This document shows, in pieces, positions 1 through 9,660 of a stretch of DNA of 64,000 nt; the stretch's first letter is position 1, and every line of letters starts with the position of its first letter. This stretch comes from Deltaproteobacteria bacterium (GTDB lineage Bacteria > Desulfobacterota_D > UBA1144 > Nemesobacterales > CSP1-2). The stretch spans positions 128,001 through 192,000 of the forward strand of contig JBQTHB010000006.1 of the NCBI GenBank assembly GCA_052390235.1, written 5' to 3'. The notes beneath the pieces were generated by a model, which was given only the letters and a program-made list of their open reading frames with translations, was not told the origin of the DNA and searched no databases. Both the position numbers and the translations under genes were made by a program.

Positions 1-529
1 CATCGGGGGATATTTATCTGCGAAATCCGAGCAACAGGCTTACGACAAGCACCGGAAAACGGAACTTTGGGAAATCGAGAACATCCCCGAAGCCGAGCGG
101 GAGGAAATCCGCTTGATTTACCGCGACAAGGGATTCGAGGGCGAGATGCTGGAGGGAATCGTCGCCGTCATCACATCTGATAAGCAAAGATGGGTTGAGG
201 TGATGATGAAAGAAGAACTGGGCTTAATTGACGAGAAGCGCTCCCCCCTGGGCAGAGGGATTATGACTTACCTATCGTTCATCGCCATTGGGATAATCCC
301 CCTTGCCGCCTATGTTGCGGACTTTGCGTTTGATTTGAAATCGGAGCGATTATTTCTCATCTCCTGCGTTCTGACCTCAATGGGGTTCATCATCATCGGC
401 TCGCTGAAATCGCACTTGAATAAATCGAGCCGCGCCAAGGGAATCATTGAGACGCTTATTCTAGGGGGCGCGGCGGCGGCGGTGTCGTACTTCGTGGGCA
501 ACGCGCTTGAGAAGATAATTTCGGGGTGA
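1..529 (+). CDS. VIT1/CCC1 family iron/manganese transporter (5' partial)
   Basis: Frame is open from base 2 (IGGYLSAKSEQ...ELWEIENIPEAEREEIRLIYRDKG); has the MMKEELG motif and three C-terminal TM segments typical of VIT1/CCC1. Confidence 0.85.
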   Translation, partial: IGGYLSAKSEQQAYDKHRKTELWEIENIPEAEREEIRLIYRDKGFEGEMLEGIVAVITSDKQRWVEVMMKEELGLIDEKRSPLGRGIMTYLSFIAIGIIPLAAYVADFAFDLKSERLFLISCVLTSMGFIIIGSLKSHLNKSSRAKGIIETLILGGAAAAVSYFVGNALEKIISG

Positions 530-1386
530 AATTTATGGCAACGCATCACAAACTAATTATCGGCGACTCGGCAAGCATGGAAGAAATCCCGAATGAGGGT
601 GTTCATCTGATGGTTACCTCTCCGCCCTATTTTAATGCTCCATTCGATTATAGAGATTTATTCAAAAGCTACGGCGAATATCTCGATTCCCTAAATAATG
701 TGGCGAGAGAAATATTTAGAGTTCTCAAACCGGGCAGAATCGCCGCGCTTAACATAGATGATATGCTCGTTAAGGGAGAAAAATTTCCAATAGTTGCCGA
801 TGCAACGAGAATATTTCTCGATGCGGGTTTTAGGTATAGAGATAGAATAATTTGGAAAAAACCGGACGGATATTTGAGAATCAGCAGGAGAAGCGGGGTG
901 CTGCTGCAAAATCCGTACCCAATGTATTTCTATCCAGATAACCTTCTGGAGAGCATAATAATATTCCAAAAAGGCAAATTCGACTATAAATCCATGACGA
1001 ATGACTCAAGAGAAGAGTCCAAAGTGGATGTTAAGGAATTTTCGGATAATAAGTGGTATATGACTCTATGGGAAATGACAAATGTCCTTCCCGGAGCCGC
1101 GCTGGAAAAAGGCATCGCCGCCTTCCCAGAGCAACTACCCTATAGAATAATAAAATTGTTTTCATACGCCGGAGAAACCGTGCTTGACCCCTTCGCTGGA
1201 AGCGGCACAACCATGAAAGTGGCAAGGGAACTGAGCCGAAATAGTATCGGAATTGAGATTAAAGAGTCTCTGATTCCGATAATTAGTCAAAAAACCGGAT
1301 TTAAAGGGCAATCGTCGCTTTTTCATCCCGAAGACACTCTCGACATTCTCATAAGACGGGAGGTCAAATATAAACATATCGGCTAA
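526..1386 (+). CDS. Site-specific amino-DNA methyltransferase, beta class (N4-C/N6-A)
   Basis: Catalytic motif IV TSPPY is N-terminal and SAM-binding motif I DPFAGSGTT is C-terminal; AT-richer than flanks. Confidence 0.92.
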   Translation: MKFMATHHKLIIGDSASMEEIPNEGVHLMVTSPPYFNAPFDYRDLFKSYGEYLDSLNNVAREIFRVLKPGRIAALNIDDMLVKGEKFPIVADATRIFLDAGFRYRDRIIWKKPDGYLRISRRSGVLLQNPYPMYFYPDNLLESIIIFQKGKFDYKSMTNDSREESKVDVKEFSDNKWYMTLWEMTNVLPGAALEKGIAAFPEQLPYRIIKLFSYAGETVLDPFAGSGTTMKVARELSRNSIGIEIKESLIPIISQKTGFKGQSSLFHPEDTLDILIRREVKYKHIG

Positions 1387-2443
1387 GATAACTGGAATTA
1401 AATACTCGCCCCTGCTATGCGCTTCATTGGAGAAATTCAAAATAGCAAACCTCGCCGAAGCCTTATCAAGCAAGACGGGTTTCATATTAGACATGGAAGG
1501 GAACCGCCGTATTGCGCTGAGCTGGTGGGTATCCCCAAAACGAACGAGGTCATACCCCTACGCTAGGGTCTATAACACCTTAAATTTCCAAGGGAAAAGA
1601 GCAACTATCATTCCAATTATTAAAGACGAAGGGAAAAAAGGGGATAGAGATTTCCTACAATGGGACACAATTTCCCTTATGAGTCTGCTAGGAATCTATT
1701 TAATAATTTCATATTACGCACGCGCAGAGCCAAGCCAAAGGTATCGAAATAAAATTACAAATCAGCAATTCAAACTAGACCAAGTCAGGAATGAAATACA
1801 CCGCTTGCTATCTTATCAGTCCGACGCTCTGCACTGGAATCTTAGCCAAGCCGAGAAGGCAGGAGTTCTTGGACGAGAAGCTCTCGATGCCTACGGAGAA
1901 ATTTCCAGCGAGCTAGGCGTTGAGATACACTCCAGAAAATCCGCGGAGAACAGAGTGAATGAGATTTTAAAGGGTAGAGAAAACTTCATGTCTCTGTCCA
2001 GAACCCTAGCGGAGAAAGCGCAAAAACGGGAAAAGTTAACCGTTCAACCCAAGGAAAAACTATCAGGCATGAAGGCAACACTGACAATTAAAAACTATCT
2101 GGGAGGATATTATTATTTGACTTGCGATGAAGCATATATAGAAAATGAAAAACTCTATTTGACCGAGTGCAAGCATAGCAGAAGGGAAAAGTTACCTTCT
2201 TTGGAGGATATTAAAGACGGCTTGGTAAAGATGATTTTACTCACAAATCTCAAAGTAGCAGTAGTTGGAGGGAGAGAATACACTCCGCTTAGCGCGTTGA
2301 AGCTCACAAGCGATGTCAATTTCTCTCCCAATTCCTTGGCGAAATATCAAATTTCACATCTCCGAACCCTCCAAAAAGAAGCCGAGGAAAACGGCTTCGA
2401 GGTTCTCATCAACGATATAAATCTGCGACTACTCCAATTGTAA
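1370..2443 (+). CDS. Putative type II restriction endonuclease (PD-(D/E)xK-like); start probably ATA 1370 (ORF track uses TTG 1427)
   Basis: Directly follows and overlaps the MTase, same low GC; TCDE...LTECK resembles a D...ExK catalytic motif; GGGAGG SD at 1358-1363. Confidence 0.6.
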   Translation: MNISAKITGIKYSPLLCASLEKFKIANLAEALSSKTGFILDMEGNRRIALSWWVSPKRTRSYPYARVYNTLNFQGKRATIIPIIKDEGKKGDRDFLQWDTISLMSLLGIYLIISYYARAEPSQRYRNKITNQQFKLDQVRNEIHRLLSYQSDALHWNLSQAEKAGVLGREALDAYGEISSELGVEIHSRKSAENRVNEILKGRENFMSLSRTLAEKAQKREKLTVQPKEKLSGMKATLTIKNYLGGYYYLTCDEAYIENEKLYLTECKHSRREKLPSLEDIKDGLVKMILLTNLKVAVVGGREYTPLSALKLTSDVNFSPNSLAKYQISHLRTLQKEAEENGFEVLINDINLRLLQL

Positions 2444-2475
2444 AATTCGTTCAGGTTGATTTATACTCTCCTGCA

Positions 2476-2895
2476 ATGAACCGCTGGCTTGTGAAATCCG
2501 AACCTAGCGCCTATTCGTGGCAGGAGTTTCTCGAAGACGGGCGAGCCTTTTGGGACGGGGTGCGAAACTATCAGGCGCGAAACAACCTCAGAGCCATGAA
2601 GCTCGCAGACCCGGTGCTTTTCTATCACAGCAACGAGGGCCATGAGGTGGCAGGCGTGGCCGAGGTCGTCAAGGAGGCGTATCGAGACCCGACGTCGGAG
2701 AGCGCCGAATGGGTTGCAGTGGACATAAAACCCGTCCGAACCCTGAGCAATACCGTGTCTCTTGCCAACATCAGGGAAAACCCGCGCCTGCAGAATATCG
2801 CCCTCATCAGGCAGAGCCGCCTTTCCGTTATGCCCGTTACAGAGGACGAATTCGATGCAATTTTGGAGATGTCAGAGAGCCAAAGCGGTAAATAA
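2476..2895 (+). CDS. EVE domain-containing protein
   Basis: WLVKSEP, WDGVRNYQARNNLRAMK, LFYHS and RLSVMPV motifs. Confidence 0.95.
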   Translation: MNRWLVKSEPSAYSWQEFLEDGRAFWDGVRNYQARNNLRAMKLADPVLFYHSNEGHEVAGVAEVVKEAYRDPTSESAEWVAVDIKPVRTLSNTVSLANIRENPRLQNIALIRQSRLSVMPVTEDEFDAILEMSESQSGK

Positions 2896-2914
2896 AACCG
2901 CTTCAATGCCCGTC

Positions 2915-2942
2915 TTGAAACTTCGACTTGCCGTGATATAAT
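2915..2942 (+). promoter_or_regulatory. Sigma70-type promoter of the tRNA
   Basis: TTGAAA-16 nt-TATAAT with extended -10 TG, ~20 nt upstream of the tRNA. Confidence 0.7.
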
Positions 2943-2963
2943 TCCCATCCACTCCTGATTTTA

Positions 2964-3039
2964 GGCGGCGTAGCTCAGGCGGTAGAGCAGGGCTCTCATA
3001 AGGCCTTGGTCGCAGGTTCGATTCCTGCCGCCGCCACCA
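2964..3039 (+). tRNA. tRNA with CAT anticodon (probably elongator Met; Ile2 not excluded)
   Basis: 76-nt cloverleaf: GGCGGCG/CGCCGCC acceptor stem, GCTC/GAGC D stem, CTCATAA loop, GCAGG-TTCGATT-CCTGC T arm, encoded CCA; G1-C72 paired so not initiator. Confidence 0.95.
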
Positions 3040-3063
3040 CCATCCAGCCCTAAATGCCCTTGC

Positions 3064-3103
3064 GTTAATCTATGATTAATTCCTTCTTCATAATTCCTTA
3101 ACA
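3064..3103 (+). promoter_or_regulatory. Pho-box array upstream of pstS
   Basis: GTTAATC (3064), ATTAATT (3075), CTTCATA (3086), CTTAACA (3097): four related heptamers at exact 11-bp period. Confidence 0.75.
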
Positions 3104-3158
3104 ATCCAAATTTATCCTTAGCCAAAGTACAACCTAGATTCACGGAGGAGGAAATACA

Positions 3159-4178
3159 ATGTTTAATTCTAAAACTAAGGCTATTGGGTTAAGCGTGGCT
3201 CTAGCGGCGATAGTTCTTACCGTAGCCGTGAGCGCGAATTTGGGTGTCGCCGCCGACGCGCCCAAAGTTGACCCGAATCTCTCGCAGTACAAGAAAGTAA
3301 GCGGCGTCTCAGGCAATATCAGCAGTGTCGGCTCGGACTCAATGAACAACCTCATGACGCTCTGGTGCGAGGGGTTTGCCAAATATTACCCCAATGTCAG
3401 ATGCCAAATCGAGGGCAAAGGCTCAAGCACCGCCCCCACCGCGCTCATCGCTGGCACGGCGCAAATTGGCCCAATGTCCAGAGCGATGAAAGGCACGGAA
3501 AAGGACGAGTTCGAGAAGAAATTCGGCTATAAACCGACTGAAATCCGCACCTCAATTGACTCCCTTGCGGTCTATGTGAACAAAGACAACCCGCTTGAGT
3601 GCTTGGCTATAAAACAGGTTGACTCGATATTCTCAAAAACTAGAAAATGCGGCGCAACAGACGGAGCCGGCACTTGGGGAGATGTAGGTCTCAGCGGGGA
3701 CTGGGCAGGGCGGCCCCTGAGCATTTACGGCAGAAACTCGGCTTCAGGCACTTACGGGTTCTTCAAAGAGACGGCTCTTTGCAAGGGCGACTATAAAGAC
3801 GAGGTCAAAGAACAGCCCGGTTCGGCTTCAGTGGTTCAAGGCGTAACCGAAGACCGCTTCGGCGTCGGCTACAGCGGCATCGGCTACAGAACCTCCGGCG
3901 TTAAAGCCATTAGCCTCGCCAAGGACGGCAAAGCCTGCGCCGAGCCAAATCTGGATAACGTGCTGAACGGCTCCTACCCCCTCGGCAGATACCTCTACGT
4001 TTATATCAACAAAACCCCTAACAAATCCCCCGAGCCGCTCGTTAAGGAATTCCTCAAATTCGTCCTCAGCAAAGAGGGCCAGCTGGTAGTCGTAAAAGAC
4101 GGATACGACCCGATGCCTGCCACAATAGCGGCGGAAGAAATTAAAAAAATAGATTCAACCGAAACGGCTTCAAATTAA
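3159..4178 (+). CDS. pstS: Phosphate ABC transporter substrate-binding protein
   Basis: Signal peptide; SVGSDSM, GKGSSTA, GRNSASGTYGFF, YPLGRYLYVY motifs; SD GGAGGAGG. Confidence 0.97.
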   Translation: MFNSKTKAIGLSVALAAIVLTVAVSANLGVAADAPKVDPNLSQYKKVSGVSGNISSVGSDSMNNLMTLWCEGFAKYYPNVRCQIEGKGSSTAPTALIAGTAQIGPMSRAMKGTEKDEFEKKFGYKPTEIRTSIDSLAVYVNKDNPLECLAIKQVDSIFSKTRKCGATDGAGTWGDVGLSGDWAGRPLSIYGRNSASGTYGFFKETALCKGDYKDEVKEQPGSASVVQGVTEDRFGVGYSGIGYRTSGVKAISLAKDGKACAEPNLDNVLNGSYPLGRYLYVYINKTPNKSPEPLVKEFLKFVLSKEGQLVVVKDGYDPMPATIAAEEIKKIDSTETASN

Positions 4179-4193
4179 GCAAGCTCACGCTAA

Positions 4194-4226
4194 GGAGAGG
4201 CGGCGGTATCGTCGCCTCTTTTTTTT
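4194..4226 (+). terminator. Intrinsic terminator-like hairpin between pstS and pstC
   Basis: GAGAGGCGGCG-GTAT-CGTCGCCTCT followed by a T-run. Confidence 0.7.
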
Positions 4227-4250
4227 GCGAACTCCGCGAGAAGAGAAAAA

Positions 4251-6569
4251 ATGGCGACCCTTTCCACACGAATAGAGAAAAAACCCAAGCTCGTTCTTGG
4301 AATTGACAAAAGACGCCTTGCCGACAAAGCGGCAACCGTAGTCGTAACCTTTGGCGGCATCGCAATAATCCTCAGCATCGCAGCCATTTTACTATTCATA
4401 TCCCTTGAGGTCTATCCCCTGTGGAAAGGGGCAGAGGCGCAGCTCACGGGAAAATTCGATGTGAAGCGATACGCCTTCCTGCCCCAGAACCCCGAATCCG
4501 GTTTTGAGATTGCCGCTCTAGGGGTTGAGGAGTATCAGGAGGTCGGATATTTCATCACAAAATCGGGCGTCGTCAGTTTCATATCCCTCTCCGACGGGAC
4601 ACTAGTAAAAGAAGAAAGAATCGAGGGATTGGATGGCAGACGCCTCGCCTCGGCGCAAGGCTCTATCAATAGCAAAAATTTCACCCTCGCCACCGAAGAT
4701 GGCATCGTCCTGCCCATCGAGATAAAATCGAGCGCTAGCTTCTCCGAGGGCGGCACAAGGACTCTCGCCCTTGAGGTTGTGGAGGGGGATTTGATTGAGA
4801 TGGACTCCGTAGCCCTCAAGCGGGCGGCTCATCAAACCTCGGACGAGGGCGCGCGAGCCTCAGCCGCAATTACCGGAGACGGCAGGCTCCTGCTCGCGTT
4901 TGAACGAGAGGCGGAAGAGTCCGAATTCGGAGGGTTAGAAGAGGCGCAAACCGAGGTTCAATCCCCAGCTCGCACAAAAGCCCTATTTGACCTCACGCCG
5001 GAATTGAGCGGGAGCGCGCCGACAGAAATCGCCCTCGATGAATTCATGGATAATCTATACGTCGGCGTGGCTGATGGACGCATATTCCGCTGGGATTTAA
5101 AAGATAAATCCGCCCCTAAGCTAGCCGAATCCACAGAGGCATCAGCAAATAAAACCCCGATAACCGCCCTCGGATTTATTCTCGGAGACCGCTCCCTCAT
5201 CGTGGGCGACGCATCTGGCGGGGTGTCAATTTGGTTTCAGATAGAGGACAAAACGTCGCCCACGGGCAGAAGGCTCGTCAAGGCGCACACGCTCTCATCG
5301 CACAAATCCGAGGTCGTAGCAGTCGCCGCATCCCCTAGGGACAGGGGACTGCTCACCGCCGACGCCGAAGGGAATCTCATCCTCCACTACTCAACAGCCG
5401 AGAGGAAACTACTCGAAATCCAAGGCGACGGGCGTGCGATTAAAGCCCTCGCCTTCGCCCCCAAGGCTAACGGCGCGCTGGCAGTTGACGGCGGGGGGAC
5501 GCTCATGGGATTCGGCATTGACAACCCTCACCCGGAAATCACGCTCAGGAGCCTGTTCGGGCGAATTTGGTACGAGGGATATTCAGAACCCGAATACGTC
5601 TGGCAGTCAACCGGCGGCACGGACGATTTCGAGCCGAAACTGAGCCTCACCCCCCTTGCTTACGGGACTTTTAAGGGGACTCTCTACGCCCTCCTCTTCG
5701 CCGTACCCGTGGGAATTCTCGGCGCGATTTGCGTGTCGCAGTTCATGCACCCATCACTGAGAAACCTCATCAAGCCCGTAATTGAAACAATGGCGGCTCT
5801 GCCGAGTGTGGTGCTTGGGTTCGTAGCCGGGCTTCTCATCGCCCCTCTAATCGAAGGAATTCTGCCGGCAGTCCTGCTGATGCCCTTCATGATAGTAGCC
5901 CTGATACTGGTCTCGGTCTTCATCTGGAGGCTCGTTCCAAGGGGCGTTCGCGGGAAATTTAAAGAAGGCACGGAGCTTCTGCTCATGATACCTGTGTTCC
6001 TGCTGGGGATTCAGATTTGCCTGTGGCTAAACGCCCCGTTAGAGAGCTTTATGTTCGGCGGGGATTACAGAAACTGGCTCTTCAGCGTCTTGGGGCTTCA
6101 GTACGACCAGAGGAATTCGCTCGTCGTGGGACTCGCCATGGGCTTTGCAGTTATCCCGATAATATTCACGATTTCGGAGGATTCGCTCTCGAACGTGCCG
6201 AGGCATCTGGTGTCGGGGTCTCTGGCGCTGGGGGCAACGAAGTGGCAGACTGCCATACAAGTGGTGCTTCCGACGGCGAGCGCTGGGATATTCTCAGCGG
6301 TCATGATTGGGCTTGGAAGGGCTGTGGGCGAGACAATGATAGTGCTTATGGCTACGGGCAACACCCCTATCATAGACTGGAGCATATTCAACGGATTCAG
6401 GGCCCTTTCAGCCAATATTGCCGTTGAAATTCCCGAAGCCCCCGAAGGAGGAACGCTCTACAGGGTGCTGTTTTTGGCGGCTCTGCTCCTGTTTTTCGTA
6501 ACTTTTATCGTCAACACCGCGGCGGAGCTTGTGAGGCAGAGGCTTAGGAAAAAATACGGACAGCTCTAG
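4251..6569 (+). CDS. pstC: Phosphate ABC permease PstC, long form with periplasmic beta-propeller-like domain
   Basis: C-terminal ALPSVV, GSLALGATKWQT and GRAVGETMIVLMATGN motifs; WD40-like repeats in the N-terminal half. Confidence 0.95.
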   Translation: MATLSTRIEKKPKLVLGIDKRRLADKAATVVVTFGGIAIILSIAAILLFISLEVYPLWKGAEAQLTGKFDVKRYAFLPQNPESGFEIAALGVEEYQEVGYFITKSGVVSFISLSDGTLVKEERIEGLDGRRLASAQGSINSKNFTLATEDGIVLPIEIKSSASFSEGGTRTLALEVVEGDLIEMDSVALKRAAHQTSDEGARASAAITGDGRLLLAFEREAEESEFGGLEEAQTEVQSPARTKALFDLTPELSGSAPTEIALDEFMDNLYVGVADGRIFRWDLKDKSAPKLAESTEASANKTPITALGFILGDRSLIVGDASGGVSIWFQIEDKTSPTGRRLVKAHTLSSHKSEVVAVAASPRDRGLLTADAEGNLILHYSTAERKLLEIQGDGRAIKALAFAPKANGALAVDGGGTLMGFGIDNPHPEITLRSLFGRIWYEGYSEPEYVWQSTGGTDDFEPKLSLTPLAYGTFKGTLYALLFAVPVGILGAICVSQFMHPSLRNLIKPVIETMAALPSVVLGFVAGLLIAPLIEGILPAVLLMPFMIVALILVSVFIWRLVPRGVRGKFKEGTELLLMIPVFLLGIQICLWLNAPLESFMFGGDYRNWLFSVLGLQYDQRNSLVVGLAMGFAVIPIIFTISEDSLSNVPRHLVSGSLALGATKWQTAIQVVLPTASAGIFSAVMIGLGRAVGETMIVLMATGNTPIIDWSIFNGFRALSANIAVEIPEAPEGGTLYRVLFLAALLLFFVTFIVNTAAELVRQRLRKKYGQL

Positions 6570-6602
6570 CTATTGGTTTGCGCCGTCTCATAGTGGAGAG
6601 AA

Positions 6603-8225
6603 ATGAAAAATTTTTGGAAAAGTGGAGACCCATTTGTTTGGCTCACCGGCGGGGCGCTGGTTTTAAGCCTCCTCATGATAGGGGCGCTCCTCATTGTAAT
6701 CATGGCGGCGGGGCTGGGATTTTTTTGGCCTTCGGATGTGGCGAGGGTCGCGCTCAAAGACGGCGAGGCGGCTATGGGGCAAATCCGAGCGAGGCAGGAA
6801 ATCCCGAACCCTGACGCAGCAGCGGGGGCGACTCTCCAGCGCAGAATCCAGATTCAAATTGGAAACCGCGATATTTACGGGCTCGATTTCAGATGGATTG
6901 ACGAGAGTGCGATACAAAAAATAGATTATCCCGAACAGATGATAGTGCTAGAGCGGCGCGAGTGGGGGAATTTCTACGGATTCATCAGAGAAATCCGAGA
7001 AGGAGAGGCCGCAAACATCCCCGGCGGCGGGGATGTTTGGGCGGCGTTTCTCGGCTATCTGCCAGAATCGGGGCGCATCTATTCGCAAATTAGAAAAATC
7101 GAGAAAGACGACATCGGCGAGATAAATTACAGAATCGAGTCCCTGCGGCTCGACATCCGAAAGCTCGAACTCAAGGGCGCGAAAAATTCCCCTGAGATTC
7201 AAGCGCTCGAATCCCGAATAGAGGCCGAGAAGAGTAAATACGCCGACAAAGAGGCAGAGCTTGCCGCCCTTTACGAGAAGCTCCGATCGAGAACGGTCTT
7301 GTTTGAAACCGTTGACGGAAACGAGAAGGAAATTGCCCTTGGCACAATCGTTAGGGCGTATCAGCCGAACTCCATGACGTGGTTCGATAAATCCGCCCTC
7401 TACATATCCAAAGTATGGGAATTCATAGCCGACGAGCCGAGGGAGTCGAACACCGAGGGCGGAGTGTTCCCCGCCATATTCGGCACAATCATGATGGTGC
7501 TTCTGATGAGTATCGCTGTGCTTCCCCTGGGGGTGCTTGCCGCGCTCTATTTACGGGAATATGCCAAGCAAGGGCCGCTTGTAAGGGCCGTGAGAATCTG
7601 CGTCAATAACCTCGCCGGCGTGCCTTCCATCGTATTCGGGGTGTTCGGGCTTGGATTTTTCATCTACACCATCGGCGGCTCGATTGACCAGGTGTTTTTT
7701 GCCGAATCCCTGCCCACGCCCACCTACGGCACAGGAGGGATTATTTGGGCATCTCTGACGCTCGCGCTTCTGACTGTGCCTGTGGTTATTGTCGCCACCG
7801 AGGAGGGGCTTGCCGCAGTGTCAAAGGAAATCAGACACGGCTCGCTTGCGCTTGGAGCGACAAAATTCGAGACCCTGTGGAAAGTGGTTGTCCCGAGCGC
7901 AATGCCGGGAATCCTGACCGGGCTTATTTTGGCTATCGCTAGGGCTACCGGAGAGGTCGCCCCGCTGATGATTACGGGGGTCGTAAAGCTCGCGCCGGCT
8001 CTCCCTATTGACGGCAACTTCCCGTTCATTCACCTTGAGCGCAAATTCATGCACCTGGGGTTTCACATCTACGACGTGGGGTTTCAATCACCCAACGTGG
8101 AAGCGGCAAAGCCTATGGTCTATACGACCGCGTTTTTGCTGATTCTGATAGTGGTCGCGCTGAACGTTACGGCGATAGCGGTGAGAAATAGACTCAGGAA
8201 AAAATACGCCACGTCGGTGTTTTAG
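6603..8225 (+). CDS. pstA: Phosphate ABC permease PstA, long form
   Basis: EGGVFPAIFGT, NLAGVPSIVFG and ARATGEVAPL motifs. Confidence 0.96.
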   Translation: MKNFWKSGDPFVWLTGGALVLSLLMIGALLIVIMAAGLGFFWPSDVARVALKDGEAAMGQIRARQEIPNPDAAAGATLQRRIQIQIGNRDIYGLDFRWIDESAIQKIDYPEQMIVLERREWGNFYGFIREIREGEAANIPGGGDVWAAFLGYLPESGRIYSQIRKIEKDDIGEINYRIESLRLDIRKLELKGAKNSPEIQALESRIEAEKSKYADKEAELAALYEKLRSRTVLFETVDGNEKEIALGTIVRAYQPNSMTWFDKSALYISKVWEFIADEPRESNTEGGVFPAIFGTIMMVLLMSIAVLPLGVLAALYLREYAKQGPLVRAVRICVNNLAGVPSIVFGVFGLGFFIYTIGGSIDQVFFAESLPTPTYGTGGIIWASLTLALLTVPVVIVATEEGLAAVSKEIRHGSLALGATKFETLWKVVVPSAMPGILTGLILAIARATGEVAPLMITGVVKLAPALPIDGNFPFIHLERKFMHLGFHIYDVGFQSPNVEAAKPMVYTTAFLLILIVVALNVTAIAVRNRLRKKYATSVF

Positions 8226-8272
8226 GGCTTGTCTAGGGATGGAGAATATTCGAGCTAAGGAGGTCAGCTGAA

Positions 8273-9142
8273 TTGAAATCTCAGAGTGGAAAAGCGGTTG
8301 ATTATAAAAACGAGGTAATATCAAACCCGAACACGGGCACATCCGACGCCGCGCCCGACAAGCAGGGGGTGCAAAAGATGAAATTTGAAAACCCTATCGT
8401 CGAGATTCAGAACATCACGCTTAAATACAGCGGCGCGCCGGCGCTTAATGATATCACCCTCGACATACCTAAAAATCAGGCGACGGCGTTTATAGGGCCG
8501 TCGGGATGCGGGAAATCCACACTGCTCAGATGCCTAAACCGCCTAAATGACCTCGTTGACGGCGTTACAGTCGAGGGGCAGATAAAAATAAACGGCACGG
8601 ACATCTACGCCCCAAGCAATGACATCACCGAGCTTAGAAAGAGGGTCGGCATGGTGTTTCAGAAATCCAATCCGTTTCCCAAATCCATCTATGACAACGT
8701 AGCTTATGGTCCGAGAATTGCGGGGATTCACAAACGCGCCGAGCTAGATGAAATTGTCGAGAAGAGCCTCAAAGGGGCGGCTCTGTGGGAAGAGGTCAAG
8801 GACAGACTCGCCGAAAGCGCCCTGGGAATATCCGGCGGACAGCAACAGAGGCTCTGCATCGCGCGCGCCATAGCAGTTGAGCCGGAGGTGCTTCTTATGG
8901 ACGAGCCTTGCTCGGCTCTCGACCCCATCGCCACGGGAAAGGTTGAGGAGCTAATAACGGAGCTTAAACTAAACTACACCATAGTTATCGTAACCCACAA
9001 TATGCAACAGGCGTCCCGCGTGTCCGACTATACGGCTTTTATGTACATAGGCAGGCTCGTCGAATACGACAAGACGGAGAAAATATTCCTGAACCCCTCG
9101 ATGAAACAGACCGAGGACTACATCACCGGGAGATTTGGCTAA
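8273..9142 (+). CDS. pstB: Phosphate ABC ATP-binding protein
   Basis: [49 protein letters not shown] before TTG. Confidence 0.97.
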   Translation: MKSQSGKAVDYKNEVISNPNTGTSDAAPDKQGVQKMKFENPIVEIQNITLKYSGAPALNDITLDIPKNQATAFIGPSGCGKSTLLRCLNRLNDLVDGVTVEGQIKINGTDIYAPSNDITELRKRVGMVFQKSNPFPKSIYDNVAYGPRIAGIHKRAELDEIVEKSLKGAALWEEVKDRLAESALGISGGQQQRLCIARAIAVEPEVLLMDEPCSALDPIATGKVEELITELKLNYTIVIVTHNMQQASRVSDYTAFMYIGRLVEYDKTEKIFLNPSMKQTEDYITGRFG

Positions 9143-9196
9143 GGCGCGCGGGGCCCAACTTTTGCCGGGCGCGGTCTTTATTTATAATGAACGGCT

Positions 9197-9616
9197 ATGG
9201 AGAATAGAGAAAAAAAGAGGGTTTTATTCATCTGCACGCATAACTCAGCCCGCTCGCAGATGGCCGAGGGACTCCTCAGAGCGATATTCGGCGCGAGATA
9301 CGAATCCCAGAGCGCGGGCACTGAGGCTAGAGGCGTAAACCCCTACGCCGTGAGGGCAATGGCTCGAATCGGGGTGGATATATCTTGGCATCGCTCAAAA
9401 ACCGTCGCTGAATTCGACGGCGAGCAGTTTGACTACGTCGTAACGGTGTGCGACCACGCCAGAGAGAATTGCCCGTACTATGCAGGAGGCAGGGCGCACC
9501 TGCATAGGGATTTTGACGACCCTTCGAGAGCCGAGGGCGAGGACGAGGTAAAATTAGCGGCGTTCGAGAGGGCCAGAGACGAAATCGAGGGGTGGATTCG
9601 CGAGACGTTCGGATAG
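9197..9616 (+). CDS. arsC: Thioredoxin-type arsenate reductase (LMW-PTP fold)
   Basis: P-loop CTHNSARSQMAEG plus the resolving pair TVCDHARENCP and FDDP. Confidence 0.88.
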   Translation: MENREKKRVLFICTHNSARSQMAEGLLRAIFGARYESQSAGTEARGVNPYAVRAMARIGVDISWHRSKTVAEFDGEQFDYVVTVCDHARENCPYYAGGRAHLHRDFDDPSRAEGEDEVKLAAFERARDEIEGWIRETFG

Positions 9617-9660
9617 CGCGTACACGGGAAATTTATCAAGCATCTCGGAGGGTATTTACA

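Noticed and set aside
2964..3045. tRNA as integration site of a mobile element
   Set aside because: No integrase and no duplicated tRNA 3' end seen in the window; only a short CCACCA echo
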